A stretch of DNA of 64,000 nucleotides from Dendrobates tinctorius (GCF_039654945.1 NW_027361752.1:44578001-44642000), one strand, 5' to 3'; positions 49,875-62,704 are shown, counted from the stretch's first letter. The notes: generated by a model from the letters alone, not told the origin. Numbers and translations: made by a program.

Positions 49875-50259
49875 TTAATTACACATTAGGCTGCAAACAT
49901 TACAGTATCACAAGCCCCGGTACCCCCACCTCTGCCCGACTATCTCTGGCGGTTCAGTAAGAGTGAATGGAGCTGCAGATCGACCACCGCTCCATTCACA
50001 CGGGGATCATCAGTACTTGGGATCTCCGGGGGTCCCGGGGGTCGGACCCCCAGCGATCGGGACGTTATCCCCAATGGATAAAGCGATAACTTCCAAATGA
50101 GAGAACACAAATGTGGAAGTCTAAAAAATGAACATAAAACATACTGTCAGCATTAGTTTTTGGGTGTCCGTCGCCCATGGCAACCATTTATTTTTCAGCC
50201 TAAGGCGGGGTTGTCAGGGATAACGGGACAAGAGAGGGCGGGGCAACATCTGCACAAAC

Positions 50260-50830
50260 AGCAGCTAGAGCTGTCACGTCACGCATCACGTGACCGGCAC
50301 GCACCGCCCCTCCAGCGGCCATTTTACTTTCTGGCAAGGGTCAAATACCTTAAGTCTGTTCGTAGCAGCCCGTTCTCGTGGTAAAATTCTTCCAATCACG
50401 ATAGGATTTCCTTCGCTTACTGTAATATCCGGGAATAAGTGGCAGGTGAAAACGTATTTTTAACACTCAGATAAGAAGTAGCGGTCTCAGTCCGTACCCC
50501 GACACTGATAAAAAAAACAACCAAAGTGGTAATGTCAGTCATGTACTGTAATATATCACTCCGGAGACTCTGGCTCCTTCCTCGGTATCGCGTAAAGGGT
50601 CAGGACGGGAAGAAAGATTTCCTGCCCGGATTACAAATGGCCGCTGTAGAGCCGCTGTCGCAATCACGTGCTTCGGGCTCCCCGCTGATGACGTCATTAG
50701 CTTGTCGCTATGACGCGCTGAATGGAACGAAGCTTCTGATAGGCGTAAGCAGGAAGTGGGCGTGGCTTAGACTGAAGCTGATTGGTTGCTTGACGTCAGG
50801 GCGTCAGAGTGAGCGGGTTATGGTGTGTCG
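50260..50830. promoter_or_regulatory. CpG-island, probably bidirectional promoter (CRYZL1 minus, ITSN1-like plus)
   Basis: Two CREs TGACGTCA (50689, 50791), E-boxes CACGTG (50665 and ~50287), ETS GGAAGT, GC box, ATTGG (50781), YY1-like AAATGGCCG. The CRYZL1 non-coding exon 1 could not be fixed. Confidence 0.7.
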
Positions 50831-50966
50831 TCGCCGTAGTAGGTAGGAGCTGGGAGGAGCCGCGGGTGAGGGACCGACAGCGGAGCTCATGTGTCCCCGG
50901 AGCCGCCACTGCTCCGCCTGATGAGCCCGGGCCGGGACCCACATTGCGTGCACAGAGCGCTATGAG
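50800..50966 (+). other. ITSN1: Probable non-coding first exon of ITSN1 (intersectin 1)
   Basis: GC-rich segment ending in GAG|GTGAGA. Identity inferred only from the vertebrate gene order SON-DONSON-CRYZL1-ITSN1; no ITSN1 coding exon seen in the window. Confidence 0.5.
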
Positions 50967-51182
50967 GTGAGAGGCCTGCAGGGTGACCCCGGACGGGTGT
51001 GCGCCCATTCATCAGACGGGGAGGAGGAGGCGGGGACCACCGGCTGCTGCCTGCCTTATAGTGTGTGTAGAGAGGAGGGAAGGGTTAACGGCCAGAATAA
51101 CATTCACACCCGAAAAGGGGCCCAGAGGGGTCTACAGGGCGACCGGAGGCGTGAGCTCATGGCATTATAGTACATCGCTGCA

Positions 51183-52585
51183 TTATAGCGGCATTATACT
51201 GTGGCGTTACGGTATAGCGGTATTATACTGTGGCGTTACGGTATAGCGGTATTATACTGTGGCGTTACGGTATAGCGGTATTATACTGTGGCGTTACGTT
51301 ATAGCGGCATTATACTGTGGCGTTACGTTATAGCGGCATTATACTGTGGCGTTACGTTATAGCGGCATTATACTGTGGCGTTACGTTATAGCGGCATTAT
51401 ACTGTGGCGTTACGGTATAGCGGCATTATAGTACATCGCTGCATTATAGCGGTATTATACTGTGGCGTTACGGTATAGCGGTATTATACTGTGGCGTTAC
51501 GTTATAGCGGCATTATACTGTGGCGTTACGTTATAGCGGTATTATACTGTGGCGTTACGGTATAGCGGTATTATACTGTGGCGTTACGTTATAGCGGCAT
51601 TATACTGTGGCGTTACGTTATAGCGGCATTATACTGTGGCGTTACGTTATAGCGGCATTATACTGTGGCGTTACGTTATAGCGGTATTATACTGTGGCGT
51701 TACGTTATAGCGGTATTATACTGTGGCGTTACGGTATAGCGGTATTATACTGTGGCGTTACGTTATAGCGGCATTATACTGTGGCGTTACGTTATAGCGG
51801 CATTATACTGTGGCGTTACGTTATAGCGGCATTATACTGTGGCGTTACGTTATAGCGGCATTATACTGTGGCGTTACGTTATAGCGGTATTATACTGTGG
51901 CGTTACGGTATAGCGGCATTATACTGTGGCGTTACGTTATAGCGGTATTATACTGTGGCGTTACGTTATAGCGGCATTATACTGTGGCGTTACGTTATAG
52001 CGGCATTATACTGTGGCGTTACGTTATAGCGGCATTATACTGTGGCGTTACGTTATAGCGGCATTATACTGTGGCGTTACGTTATAGCGGCATTATACTG
52101 TGGCGTTACGTTATAGCGGTATTATACTGTGGCGTTACGTTATAGCGGTATTATACTGTGGCGTTACGTTGTAGCGGTATTATACTGTGGCGTTACGTTG
52201 TAGCGGTATTATACTGTGGCGTTACGTTGTAGCGGTATTATACTGTGGCGTTACGTTGTAGCGGCATTATACTGTGGCGCTAGGTTGTAGCGGCATTATA
52301 CTGTGGCGTTACGTTGTAGCGGCATTATACTGTGGCGTTACGTTGTAGCGGCATTATACTGTGGCGCTAGGTTGTAGCGGCATTATACTGTGGCGCTAGG
52401 TTGTAGCGGCATTATACTGTGGCGCTAGGTTGTAGCGGCATTATACTGTGGCGCTAGGTTGTAGCGGCATTATACTGTGGCGCTAGGTTGTAGCGGTATT
52501 ATACTGTGGCGCTAGGTTGTAGCGGTATTATACTGTGGCGCTAGGTTGTAGCGGTATTATACTGTGGCGCTAGGTTGTAGCGGTA
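51183..52585. repeat. 29-bp minisatellite (GTTATAGCGGCATTATACTGTGGCGTTAC), about 48 copies
   Basis: Direct periodicity. Confidence 0.96.
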
Positions 52586-53443
52586 TGTTTTAGTTGTATT
52601 ATATTGCTGTTATTAGTGTCATTATATGGCATGTTTTGTTACATACTTAAATTCTATAACTTGTTATATACCGTACGCATACAATCTTGTTCTATACTAT
52701 GCCATTATACAGTATTATAGGGTTGTATGTTGACATATTTCCCTGTTATTGTATTTACGGTACAATTTTTGTATTTCAGTGTAATTATTTTCCATAATAT
52801 TATAGTGTTTCTTATCTTTTTGTGTATCTCGTGTTCCTACGTGTTGGGGTGATTGACATTATTCCATTTTATTGTGAATTTTATGTTGTCTTTTATTATA
52901 CACAAAAAATAAATAAATATTCCGTTAAATTGGCAAATGGGCGTAAACAGTTGTGGAGGGGGGATTTTCCAGAGCAGAATAACTGTGTCTTGTCAGAGTT
53001 GATTGTGTAGGGATGTGCCCTTTTAACAAGAAGAATGATAGTCACCCAGCTTTCTCAGGGTCCTGACAGCCCCAGTCCTCATCCTGCTCCCTTGTTCTGG
53101 GGTCTGATAAACTGCTGCTTTTGTACTTATTTTTTTATTTATTTATTTTTTTTTACTTTCATGACCCATCTTCCCCAGGTCATCAGATCAAACTAGGAAA
53201 TGAAAATACATTTTGCAAGTGCTTAAAGCAAGAGGCTAGCTGAAGGAGCTCAGGGGTTTCTTACTTTAGAGCATGTCTTTCCTTGGGGTCTGCAACTACT
53301 CTGGGCCCAATTCCTCATTTTGCATTTTTCTTAAACTTTCTTTAATCTTTTTTTTTGTGGTATTTGTTGATTTTTTTTCTTGTGCCAAATTGCACAAAAG
53401 AACTCAAGTGGTTCATAAATTACACACAAAATAAAAAGCAAAA

Positions 53444-54193
53444 CCGTATATACTCGAGTATAAGCCGACCCAAGTACAAGCCACGAAAAACTGGGAAAAT
53501 GTATTGACTCGAGTATAAGCCGATATTCATTGACTCCTCATCCCTGTCCCGGTGGGCATGGCTCCTCATCCCTGTCCCGATGGGCATGGCTCCTCATCCC
53601 TGTCCCGGTGGGCATGGCTCCTCATCCCTGTCCCGGTGGGCATGGCTCCTCATCCCTGTCCCGGTGGGCATGGCTCCTCATCCCTGTCCCGGTGGGCATG
53701 GCTCCTCATCCCTGTCCCGGTGGGCATGGCTCCTCATCCCTGTCCCGGTGGGCATGGCTCTCCATGAGAAAAGCATAAAAAAAACCTCCTACTTACCTTC
53801 CCTGGTCGCCCTCGCAGCATCTTGTTCCGGCTTCCTGCAGCCTGAGCTGCCGAGCGATCACGTGTCCCGGCTCATTAAGATAATGAATATTCACCTCTTT
53901 CTACTCAGCTGGGACACGTGATCGCCCGGCCGCAGGAGCTGCTGGCACCTGAACAAGATGCTGCGATGGCACGCAGGGAAGGTAAGTAGGAGGTTTTTTT
54001 TGCAGCTGCTGGAAGCCGGCGGCTGCAGCTGTAACTGCGTTATAAGAGAAATGAATATTCATTGCCGGTGCCGCCGGCCCCTACCTCTGTGACCCACCGC
54101 TCCACCTCCGTCTTTAGGGACAATGACTCGTTTATAAGCAGAGGGGGGCGTGTTCAGCACTGAAAAACTCGGCTTATACACGTGTATATACAA
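53444..54193. mobile_element. pogo/Tc2-like MITE with an internal 28-bp minisatellite (53530-53762)
   Basis: CCGTATATACTCGAGTATAAGCCGA ... TCGGCTTATACACGTGTATATAC; internal palindrome ~53777-54003. Confidence 0.72.
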
Positions 54194-56040
54194 TATCTGC
54201 TCTTTATTTTGGTCTTTAACCCTTCTTTCTTTTTGTTGGTGATAATAATAGGTCGGACTTAAGAAAAAAAAAAAAATCACCAGGGGGAGGGGGGGGGGTG
54301 AATTACATTTGGTACAAAAGATTTTCTACTAAAATATCACAATTGATGTATCGTCCGGAACCCCCCCCCCTCCGAAACCTCTCCCACAATAGTGACTATA
54401 AAAAAAAAATAGACATTAAAAAAGATGCAAGTAAAAAACGGGCAAAACCCCACCAAAACTAAACAAAGAAAAGGTACAAATGCAATAATGAACTGGGCAG
54501 GGGGGTAGAACGTAAGGCATCGGAGTCATTAAAGAGGCGCCACGTCTCTTAATGAATGAGGCGAGACGTGATATGACACACACCTCACCACAAATCTTAC
54601 TCTAGTCATGGAATGGAGTAATAATTGTGGTGTAAGGAAAGCTGCCGCTCCTCCTATATTGGCTGAGTTTGGAATGCCATACCCCGTCCCTGCCCCACAC
54701 ACTTTTTCAGAGAAAGCGCCAATAGTGTTGTCATAAGAATTTGGGACGTTCTGAAATGTCCTGTAAATGTCTGTTCTGTCCCTGATCTGAGGATCTCGGC
54801 TTTTACAGGAGATGACTCTGCAGATAGATGTGAATTTTCAGGTCTGACCGGAGGACGTGCTTAGCTGAGCTGGTGACGCTTTACATCGACTCGTCAATCA
54901 TCTTGTCGTTTCGTCGGCATAGTTTCCTGATATTTGGGTCCGATCTGTCATAAGCGTGTGACCGATAGAGGGTCGACGTCAGAAACTGCGCGTGCGGTGT
55001 ATGACTGAAGCCGCTCATGGCTGCAGACGGTCGCACAGACAGCTCCATTCTCTCAGCGGAGTGCGTGCACGCTGCTTCGGGGTTGATTACATGCTCCATG
55101 GTTTATAATCAGGTTTTCCTATCATGTAATGCCCTTCGTTTGTATGTCTCTGTGGACCCCGCTGGGTTACTCGCTCCTATCAGCAGACATCGCGGCCGCA
55201 GCTTTATTAATTCATAGTGTTGGCATGAAGTGAGACTAATCAGAAAGACTTGCTTCAATGCCCGCCATATCGGGGGAAGGGGCGGCTGCCCCACCATTAT
55301 ATGCCCTGTGTTATAGAACTTACAACGCTGCTAAAAAATGTATTACTGGAAGAGTCTTCACATTTCATGGCGGTCAATGTACAGCGATATGTGCAGCTTC
55401 CTAATGAGCGGAGGGCTGGTGGCCGTACCTCACTCTCCTCACCGCTTGGGTGCACGACAGATCGGCCCATACACGTAGATCCCTCCTCACCACCTGACAA
55501 GCAGGGCAGAGCCTTCACAGCGGTATAGCTGAAAAGACTCTGTTTTGTTGGCTGCCAGAGGGAGAAGGAGACTGACTGGAGCCTACCCAAGTAGCACAGA
55601 TTAGCAGCAGCACCAGAGGAGACACATGGCAGAAATAGATGAGTTGTAATGCTAGAAAGGCTGGGTGCAGATGACCGTGTTGGAAATCGGACCAGTTGCC
55701 GCTACAAATTGCCAATATGCTGACAGGTGCCGGAGCTGCCTTTACATTGATCCGGTTATTGGCCAGAATAATGCATGGAAAGTAGTGTGTGTGCTGATAT
55801 TTCCGTACACTCCTCCTCTCTCTCCTGGGTATGGCCCCACAACTCCTATTGAAGTACTGAGCTGCTGTACCAAGGAACAGCCTCTACACTGGAGAGATGC
55901 CGGCCCCGATGGGTTTAATGGTTTCATCCGGCTGAGATGTGGGGTTGCCTGGTGTTGGACCCCCATCTGTCTGATACTGATCACCTGTACAAAGGATTGA
56001 TCCTAAATATCATAAGTCTGGAAAATGGTAACAGTACATA

Positions 56041-57296
56041 CAGTTAGGTCCATATATATATATTTAGGTTAGGTCCATCCATATATATTTGGACAGACAA
56101 TATTTTTCTCATTTTGGTTCTAGACATTACCACAATGAATTTTAAACAAAACAATTCAGATGCAGTTGAAGTTCAGACTTTCAGCTTTCATTTGAGGGTA
56201 TCCACATTAAAACTGGATGAAGGGTTTAGGAGTTTCAGCTCCTTAACATGTGCCTCCCTGTTTTTAAAGGGACCAAAAGTAATTGGACAGATTAAATAAT
56301 TGTAAATACAATGTTCATTTCTAGTACTTGGTTGAAAACCCTTTGTTGGCAATGACTGCCTGAAGTCTTGAACTCATGGACGTCACCAGACGCTGTGTCT
56401 CCTCCTTTTTGATGCTCTGCCAGCCTTCACTGCGGTGGTTTTCAGTTGCTGTTTGTTTGTGGGCCTTTCTGTCTGAAGTTTAGTCTTTAACAAGTGAAAT
56501 GCATGCTCAATTGGGTTGAGATCAGGTGACTGACTTGGCCATTCAAGAATATTCCACTTCTTTGCTTTAATAAACTCCTGGGTTGCTTTGGCTTTATGTT
56601 TTGGGTCACTGTCCATCTGTAGTAGGAAACGACGACCAATCAGTTTGGCTGGATCTGAGCACACAGTATGGCTCTGAATACCTCAGAATTCATTCGGCTG
56701 CTTCTGTCCTGTGTCACATCATCAATAAACACCAGTGACCCAGTGCCACTGGCAGCCATGCATGCCCAAGCCATCACACTGCCTCCGCCGTGTTTTACAG
56801 ATGATGTGGTATGCTTTGGATCATGAGCTGTACCACGCCTTCGCCATACTTTTCTCTTTCCATCATTCTGGTAGAGGTTGACCTTGGTTTCATCTGTCCA
56901 AAGAATGTTCTTCCAGAACTGTGCTGGCTTTTTTAGATGATTTTTAGCAATGTCCAGTCTAGCCTTTTGATTCTTGATGCTTATGAGTGGCTTGCACCGT
57001 GCAGTGAACCCTCTGTATTTACTTTCATGCAGTCTTCTCTTTATGGTAGATTTGGATATTGATACGCCTACCTCCTGGAGAGTGTTGGTCACTTGGTTGG
57101 CTGTTGTGAAGGGGTTTCTCTTCACCATGGAGACTATTCTGCGATCATCCACCACTGTTGTCTTCCGTGGGAGTGAAAGCTGAAAGTCTGAACTTCAACT
57201 GCATCTGAATTGTTTTGTTTAAAATTCATTGTGGTAATGTCTAGAACCAAAATTAGAAAAATGTTGTCTCAGGTCCATATATATTTGGACAAACTG
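56041..57296 (-). mobile_element. Internally deleted Tc1
   Basis: TA flanks; [29 protein letters not shown]; 5' part of the transposase deleted at ~57170. Confidence 0.92.
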
Positions 57297-57297
57297 T

Positions 57298-57520
57298 AGA
57301 GGTGTTATCTGTCATTGTACAGGAGGAGGAGGTGAGCTGTGACATCACCTATTGAGAATGGTGGATCCTGTGTTATATACTGTATATAGAGATGTTATCA
57401 GTCATTGTACAGGAGGAGGAGGTGAGCTGTGACATCACCTATTGTGAATGGTGGATCCTGTGTTATATACTGTATATAGAGATGTTATCAGTCATTGTAC
57501 AGGAGGAGGAGGTGAGCTCG
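57298..57520. repeat. ~90-bp minisatellite, about 2.5 copies
   Basis: Same unit as 46030-46325. Confidence 0.85.
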
Positions 57521-58439
57521 CATGATGATGATGATTACTCACGGTGTCACATGTGAATGATTCCTGTCTTGTCGGATGCAATACATGAATCACACTAATC
57601 GTTTCTGATGAGTTCGGAAATAGTGGGTAAATAGAGCCCCAGATATGAGTGTAATGTGGCGGGTAGTAAAGCTGACACTATCTTATCATTGGTGTGATAC
57701 GTGTCAGACCCGTGGCTCCTCGGCTGAACTGCAGACATATAGTGAGATCTCATTATTTTATGGTGCCCATAAATTGTCTTTTAAATAGACGCAACCTTTA
57801 ATAAAAAAAAAAAAAGTTGTATTTTATCAGGGTTTGTCTGAGATGGCTGTGGAAGAATGGGCGTCCCGTGACTCCTGGTGGACGATTCACAGCAGCACTT
57901 TTACTATGAAATCCATGGAGAGGTGGTCCCACGGGGTTTGTCAGTGGGAGTTGGGGGAACAACTTAATTTCTCTGGGTTTGGACACTCCTGTAAGTCTGG
58001 ATACAAGCATGTCCTTACCCCCCATCCAGTGCTAAAGCCTGTGAATCAAAGGTCTAGAGGCGTGGCTTATTTTGCTTGATGGGAGGGGCTAAACCTCAAC
58101 TCCTGAAGAAGAGCTAACCTAAAGTGGAGGGAGCAGAAGTCATCACACCCCTGACTTCACTATCTAACATGCATTTAATCTGTAGGTTTCTAGTGACTGG
58201 GTCCATCTGTGTACCTCCCCTACCCCCCCAGATTACCAGTATAGAAGACTGGCCGTAGTGTTGTCACTGGCAGGACTGGTGGTGAAGAGTTTTCTGATAC
58301 CAGCGCGGTCCTGTATTAAGCTCCACCGGCGTAACAAGTCCGTTCATGACATTTCTTCCTCTGGAATCTTCCCCCCATGACCTGTGAGTGATATTATTGG
58401 GAACTGGAAGGAACCACAGCAACTCGGCCACGAAGAGGA

Positions 58440-59200
58440 GACCCTGTACCGTTAGAGCGGGGGGGGGGGGGGCCGAGGAACAGAGGGCAGAAAAGTCACC
58501 ATCCTTCTGCTGACTCCATAACTGCAGAGTCCAGACCTCTTCTGGTATAACATCAGCACAAACACTGGGCCCCTGCCAGAAGCTTCATGACTGAGCAGCT
58601 GCATGCAGCCGTACATCACCAAGCACAATGCCGAGCGTCGGATGGAGTGGTGTAAATCTAACACCACTGGACTCTGGAGGAGATGTGCAGTGATGGATCA
58701 TACTTCTCTATCTGGCGTCTGATGGAGGAGTCTGGGTTTGGTGATTCCAGGAGGACGTTACCCCCTGACTGTATTGTGGCCGCTTTTCTGATGGCGGAGG
58801 AGGATAATGCTATGGGCTGTTATCGGGGGCGGCCTCGGCCCCTTAGTTCTAGTGGCAGGAGATCTTAATACTTCATCACAAGACAATTGTAGCTCCCAGC
58901 TTTGTGGGAACAATTTGGGGATGACCTTCTTTTGTTCCCCATGATTCTGCCTGCTGCACCATCCCATCCAACAACTAGACTGGAGATTGTGAGTCTGGAC
59001 GCCCCAACATCAGGGTCTGACCTCAAAACTACTCTTCTAGATGATGGGCAAAAATTCCCGCAGACTCCTTCAAAATCTTGTACAAATGCCTACAAGAAGA
59101 GAACGGCGACACCATATAAATGTCTATGGGTGTACGATGGGAGGTGAGGAGATCTGGCGGAGGTGTCCGCCTACTGGTGTGCATGTAGCACTACGCGGGG
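58440..59200 (+). mobile_element. Highly decayed Tc1-like relic
   Basis: Fragments EWCK, SDGSYFSIW, DCIV, LWEQFGD. Confidence 0.6.
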
Positions 59201-59932
59201 TGTTGTACGATGGGAGGTGAGGAGATCTGGCGGAGGTGTCCGCCTACTGGTGTGCATGTAGCACTACGCGGGGTGTTGTACGATGGGAGGTGAGGAGATC
59301 TGGCGGAGGTGTCCGCCTACTGGTGTGCATGTAGCACTAAGCGGGGTGTTGTACGATGGGAGGTGAGGAGATCTGGCGGAGGTGTCCGCCTACTGGTGTG
59401 CATGTAGCACTACGCGGGGTGTTGTACGATGGGAGGTGAGGAGATCTGGCGGAGGTGTCCGCCTACTGGTATGCATGTAGCACTAAGCTGGGTGTTGTAC
59501 GATGGGAGGTGAGGAGATCTGGCGGAGGTGTCCGCCTACTGGTGTGCATGTAGCACTAAGCGGGGTGTTGTACGATGGGAGGTGAGGAGATCTGGCGGAG
59601 GTGTCCGCCTACTGGTGTGCATGTAGCACTACGCGGGGTGTTGTACGATGAGAGGTGAGGAGATCTGGCGGAGGTGTCGGCCTACTGGTGTGCATGTAGC
59701 ACTAAGCGGGGTGTTGTACGATGGGAGGTGAGGAGATCTGGTGGAGGTGTCGGCCTACTGGTGTGCATGTAGCACTACGCGGGGTGTTGTACGATGGGAG
59801 GTGAGGAGATCTGGCGGAGGTGTCCGTCTACTGGTGTGCATGTAGCACTACGCGGGGTGTTGTACGATGAGAGGTGAGGAGATCTGGCGGAGGTGTCGGC
59901 CTACTGGGGTGCATGTAGCACTACGCGGCGTG
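59131..59932. repeat. 73-bp tandem repeat, about 11 copies
   Basis: GTACGATGGGAGGTGAGGAGATCTGGCGGAGGTGTCCGCC... unit. Confidence 0.95.
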
Positions 59933-62326
59933 CTGTGAATCATTAGTTAATGCCGCCTGGAAGAAACGTCCCTCCATTGATGTTCAGATGAGGGGCAGCG
60001 GGAAGTTGGCAAGGAGTGAATGCAAAGGCCGTCCGATGGTGGGCGCTTCGGAGAGAAGAGATCCAAGATCCAGGGGTGAAGGAACCCACCAAGCGGGGTT
60101 AGCCGTGAGCTCTGGGATTTGGGAAGGTGTCATTTGTATGGTAATTGCTATTCCCCACGGCTGTTGTAACCTGTCACTTCCATTTCTTCCAACATCACAG
60201 TGCAGAGTGCAGGTCTAGACAGCTTAACCCCCAAAATATTTTCAGGGGCCAATAACTACACCAAATCCAATCCCAATCTCTCCACAACAAATCCCCGTGC
60301 TTTGTGCATGGAAGAATAATGGTGCTGAACTGATCGCTTTACATTCAGCCCCCAAGTCTTGTCGGTCACATGGCCCCCCAAATTCTGCCTCACGGGGCTG
60401 CTCAGGACTTTTTTTTTTTTTTTTTAAAGTCCCTAAATTGGACCAGCAGTGGGGCATTGATGGATTTTGAGCCGTTCTCCTCTCTCCATTAAGGGACGAT
60501 CACCGCCCAGATGTGAGGTGTGATGGTTTATTTTCTGGACAGTGTGGAATATCTTGTTAGGAAGTGAAGGATATAGATAAGCTGTTCTGTCAGGGTATAT
60601 AATCCTGGCCACGGTTCCTGTTTTCTGTGTTTGCCTGATTTCTTATTGGGAAAGCTGAGTAACGCTCAACGGGCTGCATCCAGCTTTACCAGACTCCAGA
60701 ACAACCTTTCTTAATAGTTGGGGTCTGTTCACATATTGCATTTTTTTTTTTTTTTACTTGACAAATTAGTTGTCAGGAAAAAAGCAATCCACAATACGGT
60801 CGTTTTTGTTACATTTTTGCAGCGTTTTCATTTGTTTTTCACCCATTCATATGAATGGATGAGCGCCACGTCTTAGCAAAAAGAAAGCATAGCTCAAAAT
60901 ATGCGCAGACCCCCCCCCCCCCCATCCCTCAGTGTGTGCATGCGCTGATTCTGCTGGTACTGCAAAATGCTGCATATTTTCTGCTCCGAATACGCTGCAT
61001 AAAAAAAAAAAGCTGCAAAAAATGTCTGCCGTGAAAATACACTTAAAGTGGGTTTTTCGGGACTGTGTAATATTAATGACCTTGCGATAGGTCACCGTAA
61101 TGAATAAGGCCTCTTTCACACTTCCGTTTTTTACAATCAGTCAAAATCCGCCAGGTTTTGAAAAAAACGGATCCGCAATTTTTTTTTTTTTTTGCGGATC
61201 CGTTTTTTTCCCCATTGAGTTGCATTACTGGCGGATCTTGACTGATGGTTACCCGTTGGAGCCGTTTTGGTGAGGATCCGCCAAATTTTTTTCATCCGCC
61301 GGAATGCCTGGACAGACCCTGCAACGTTTTTTTTGTGGTTGGATCCGCATTTTCCAGTGCGCATGCCTGGAGAAAGGAAGTCAGGGAGGAAATTAACCTG
61401 GCGGAGGAAAAAAATTCTCACTCACTCACTCTATCCCTGTAGCCGAGAAGGAATTAAAGAAAAAAGCCTCTTAAAGGGGTTGTCTGTGCTAATAGGTTTT
61501 AATATGAAATACACGGGCACCCCTACTGATGAGCTGTTATCGGCTCCAATGGTGGCCAGATGAAAAGAGTGGAACAGCACAGCTTCGCGCCATGTGTAGT
61601 GGTCGCTGCCGAGCGCTGCAGATCACCTCTTCTTTAGCTGCAGTTCCCCTCATCTTCTTTCTGAAATAGACTGGACCTGATTATTGTGGATATTCCAATT
61701 TGAGGTTGTTGTATATGTTTCCCGGGATTCCCATTTCCTCTGGATGGGGTTTATATTCACACACACTACTGGTGACATGTCAGTGATTTTCGGCACCGAT
61801 TCCCTTTTGGAGGGAGAGAAAAGTGTTGTGCAGAAGGCTAGGATCACCATTAATGAAAAATGACATTTATTAAAGTACAAAGTAACAAGAAATACATTTT
61901 AAAAACATTAAAAAAAAAGCCAAACAGGTGTAAGGGTAAGTAACTACCGGGGGGCCATGTAAGGACCCCCAGACTCCTCTACTGTGTGAACCGTTTTTTT
62001 TTTTTTTTTCTTTTCTTTTTAAACCATGGGTATTTTATTTTTCCCCATTTATTTAGTACTACAACTCCTATTACATTTAACAAGCTCATTCTTTTTCTGT
62101 GACAACAGAGAAAACCTAAAAGAAAGGTTATGGCTGCTGGAAGAAAAGTAGGGATAACTGAAATTGCAAAAAGTAAAAATTTGGCTTTGTCCCTTATCAG
62201 AAAGTTGGAGGTTGCGGGTGTGTGTAGCTGCGGCCAGAAACGGTGTATAAAGCTGTGAATCCACACTGCTGTAATTCACTAAAAAGGACATAAAGTCCCA
62301 AAACATCACAGAATAAAGCAGCCACG

Positions 62327-62704
62327 CTTCCCGGGGCCCGGTCACGACACTTGCGCCCTTCCCGGGGCCCGGTCACGACACTTGCGCCCTTCCCGGGGCC
62401 CGGTCACGACACTTGCGCCCTTCCCGGGGCCCGGTCACGACACTTGCGCCCTTCCCGGGGCCCGGTCACGACACTTGCGCCCTTCCCGGGGCCCGGTCAC
62501 GACACTTGCGCCCTTCCCGGGGCCCGGTCACGACACTTGCGCCCTTCCCGGGGCCCGGTCACGACACTTGCGCCCTTCCCGGGGCCCGGTCACGACACTT
62601 GCGCCCTTCCCGGGGCCCGGTCACGACACTTGCGCCCTTCCCGGGGCCCGGTCACGACACTTGCGCCCTTCCCGGGGCCCGGTCACGACACTTGCGCCCT
62701 TCCC
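62327..62704. repeat. 31-bp perfect minisatellite (CTTGCGCCCTTCCCGGGGCCCGGTCACGACA), about 12 copies
   Basis: Units look invariant. Confidence 0.96.

Noticed and set aside
57605-57625. CTGATGAG...GAAA hammerhead-like string
   Set aside because: No stem II or flanking stems can be formed
51183-62704. CRISPR-like appearance of the 28-73 bp arrays
   Set aside because: Head-to-tail repeats with no unique spacers, no cas genes, eukaryotic context
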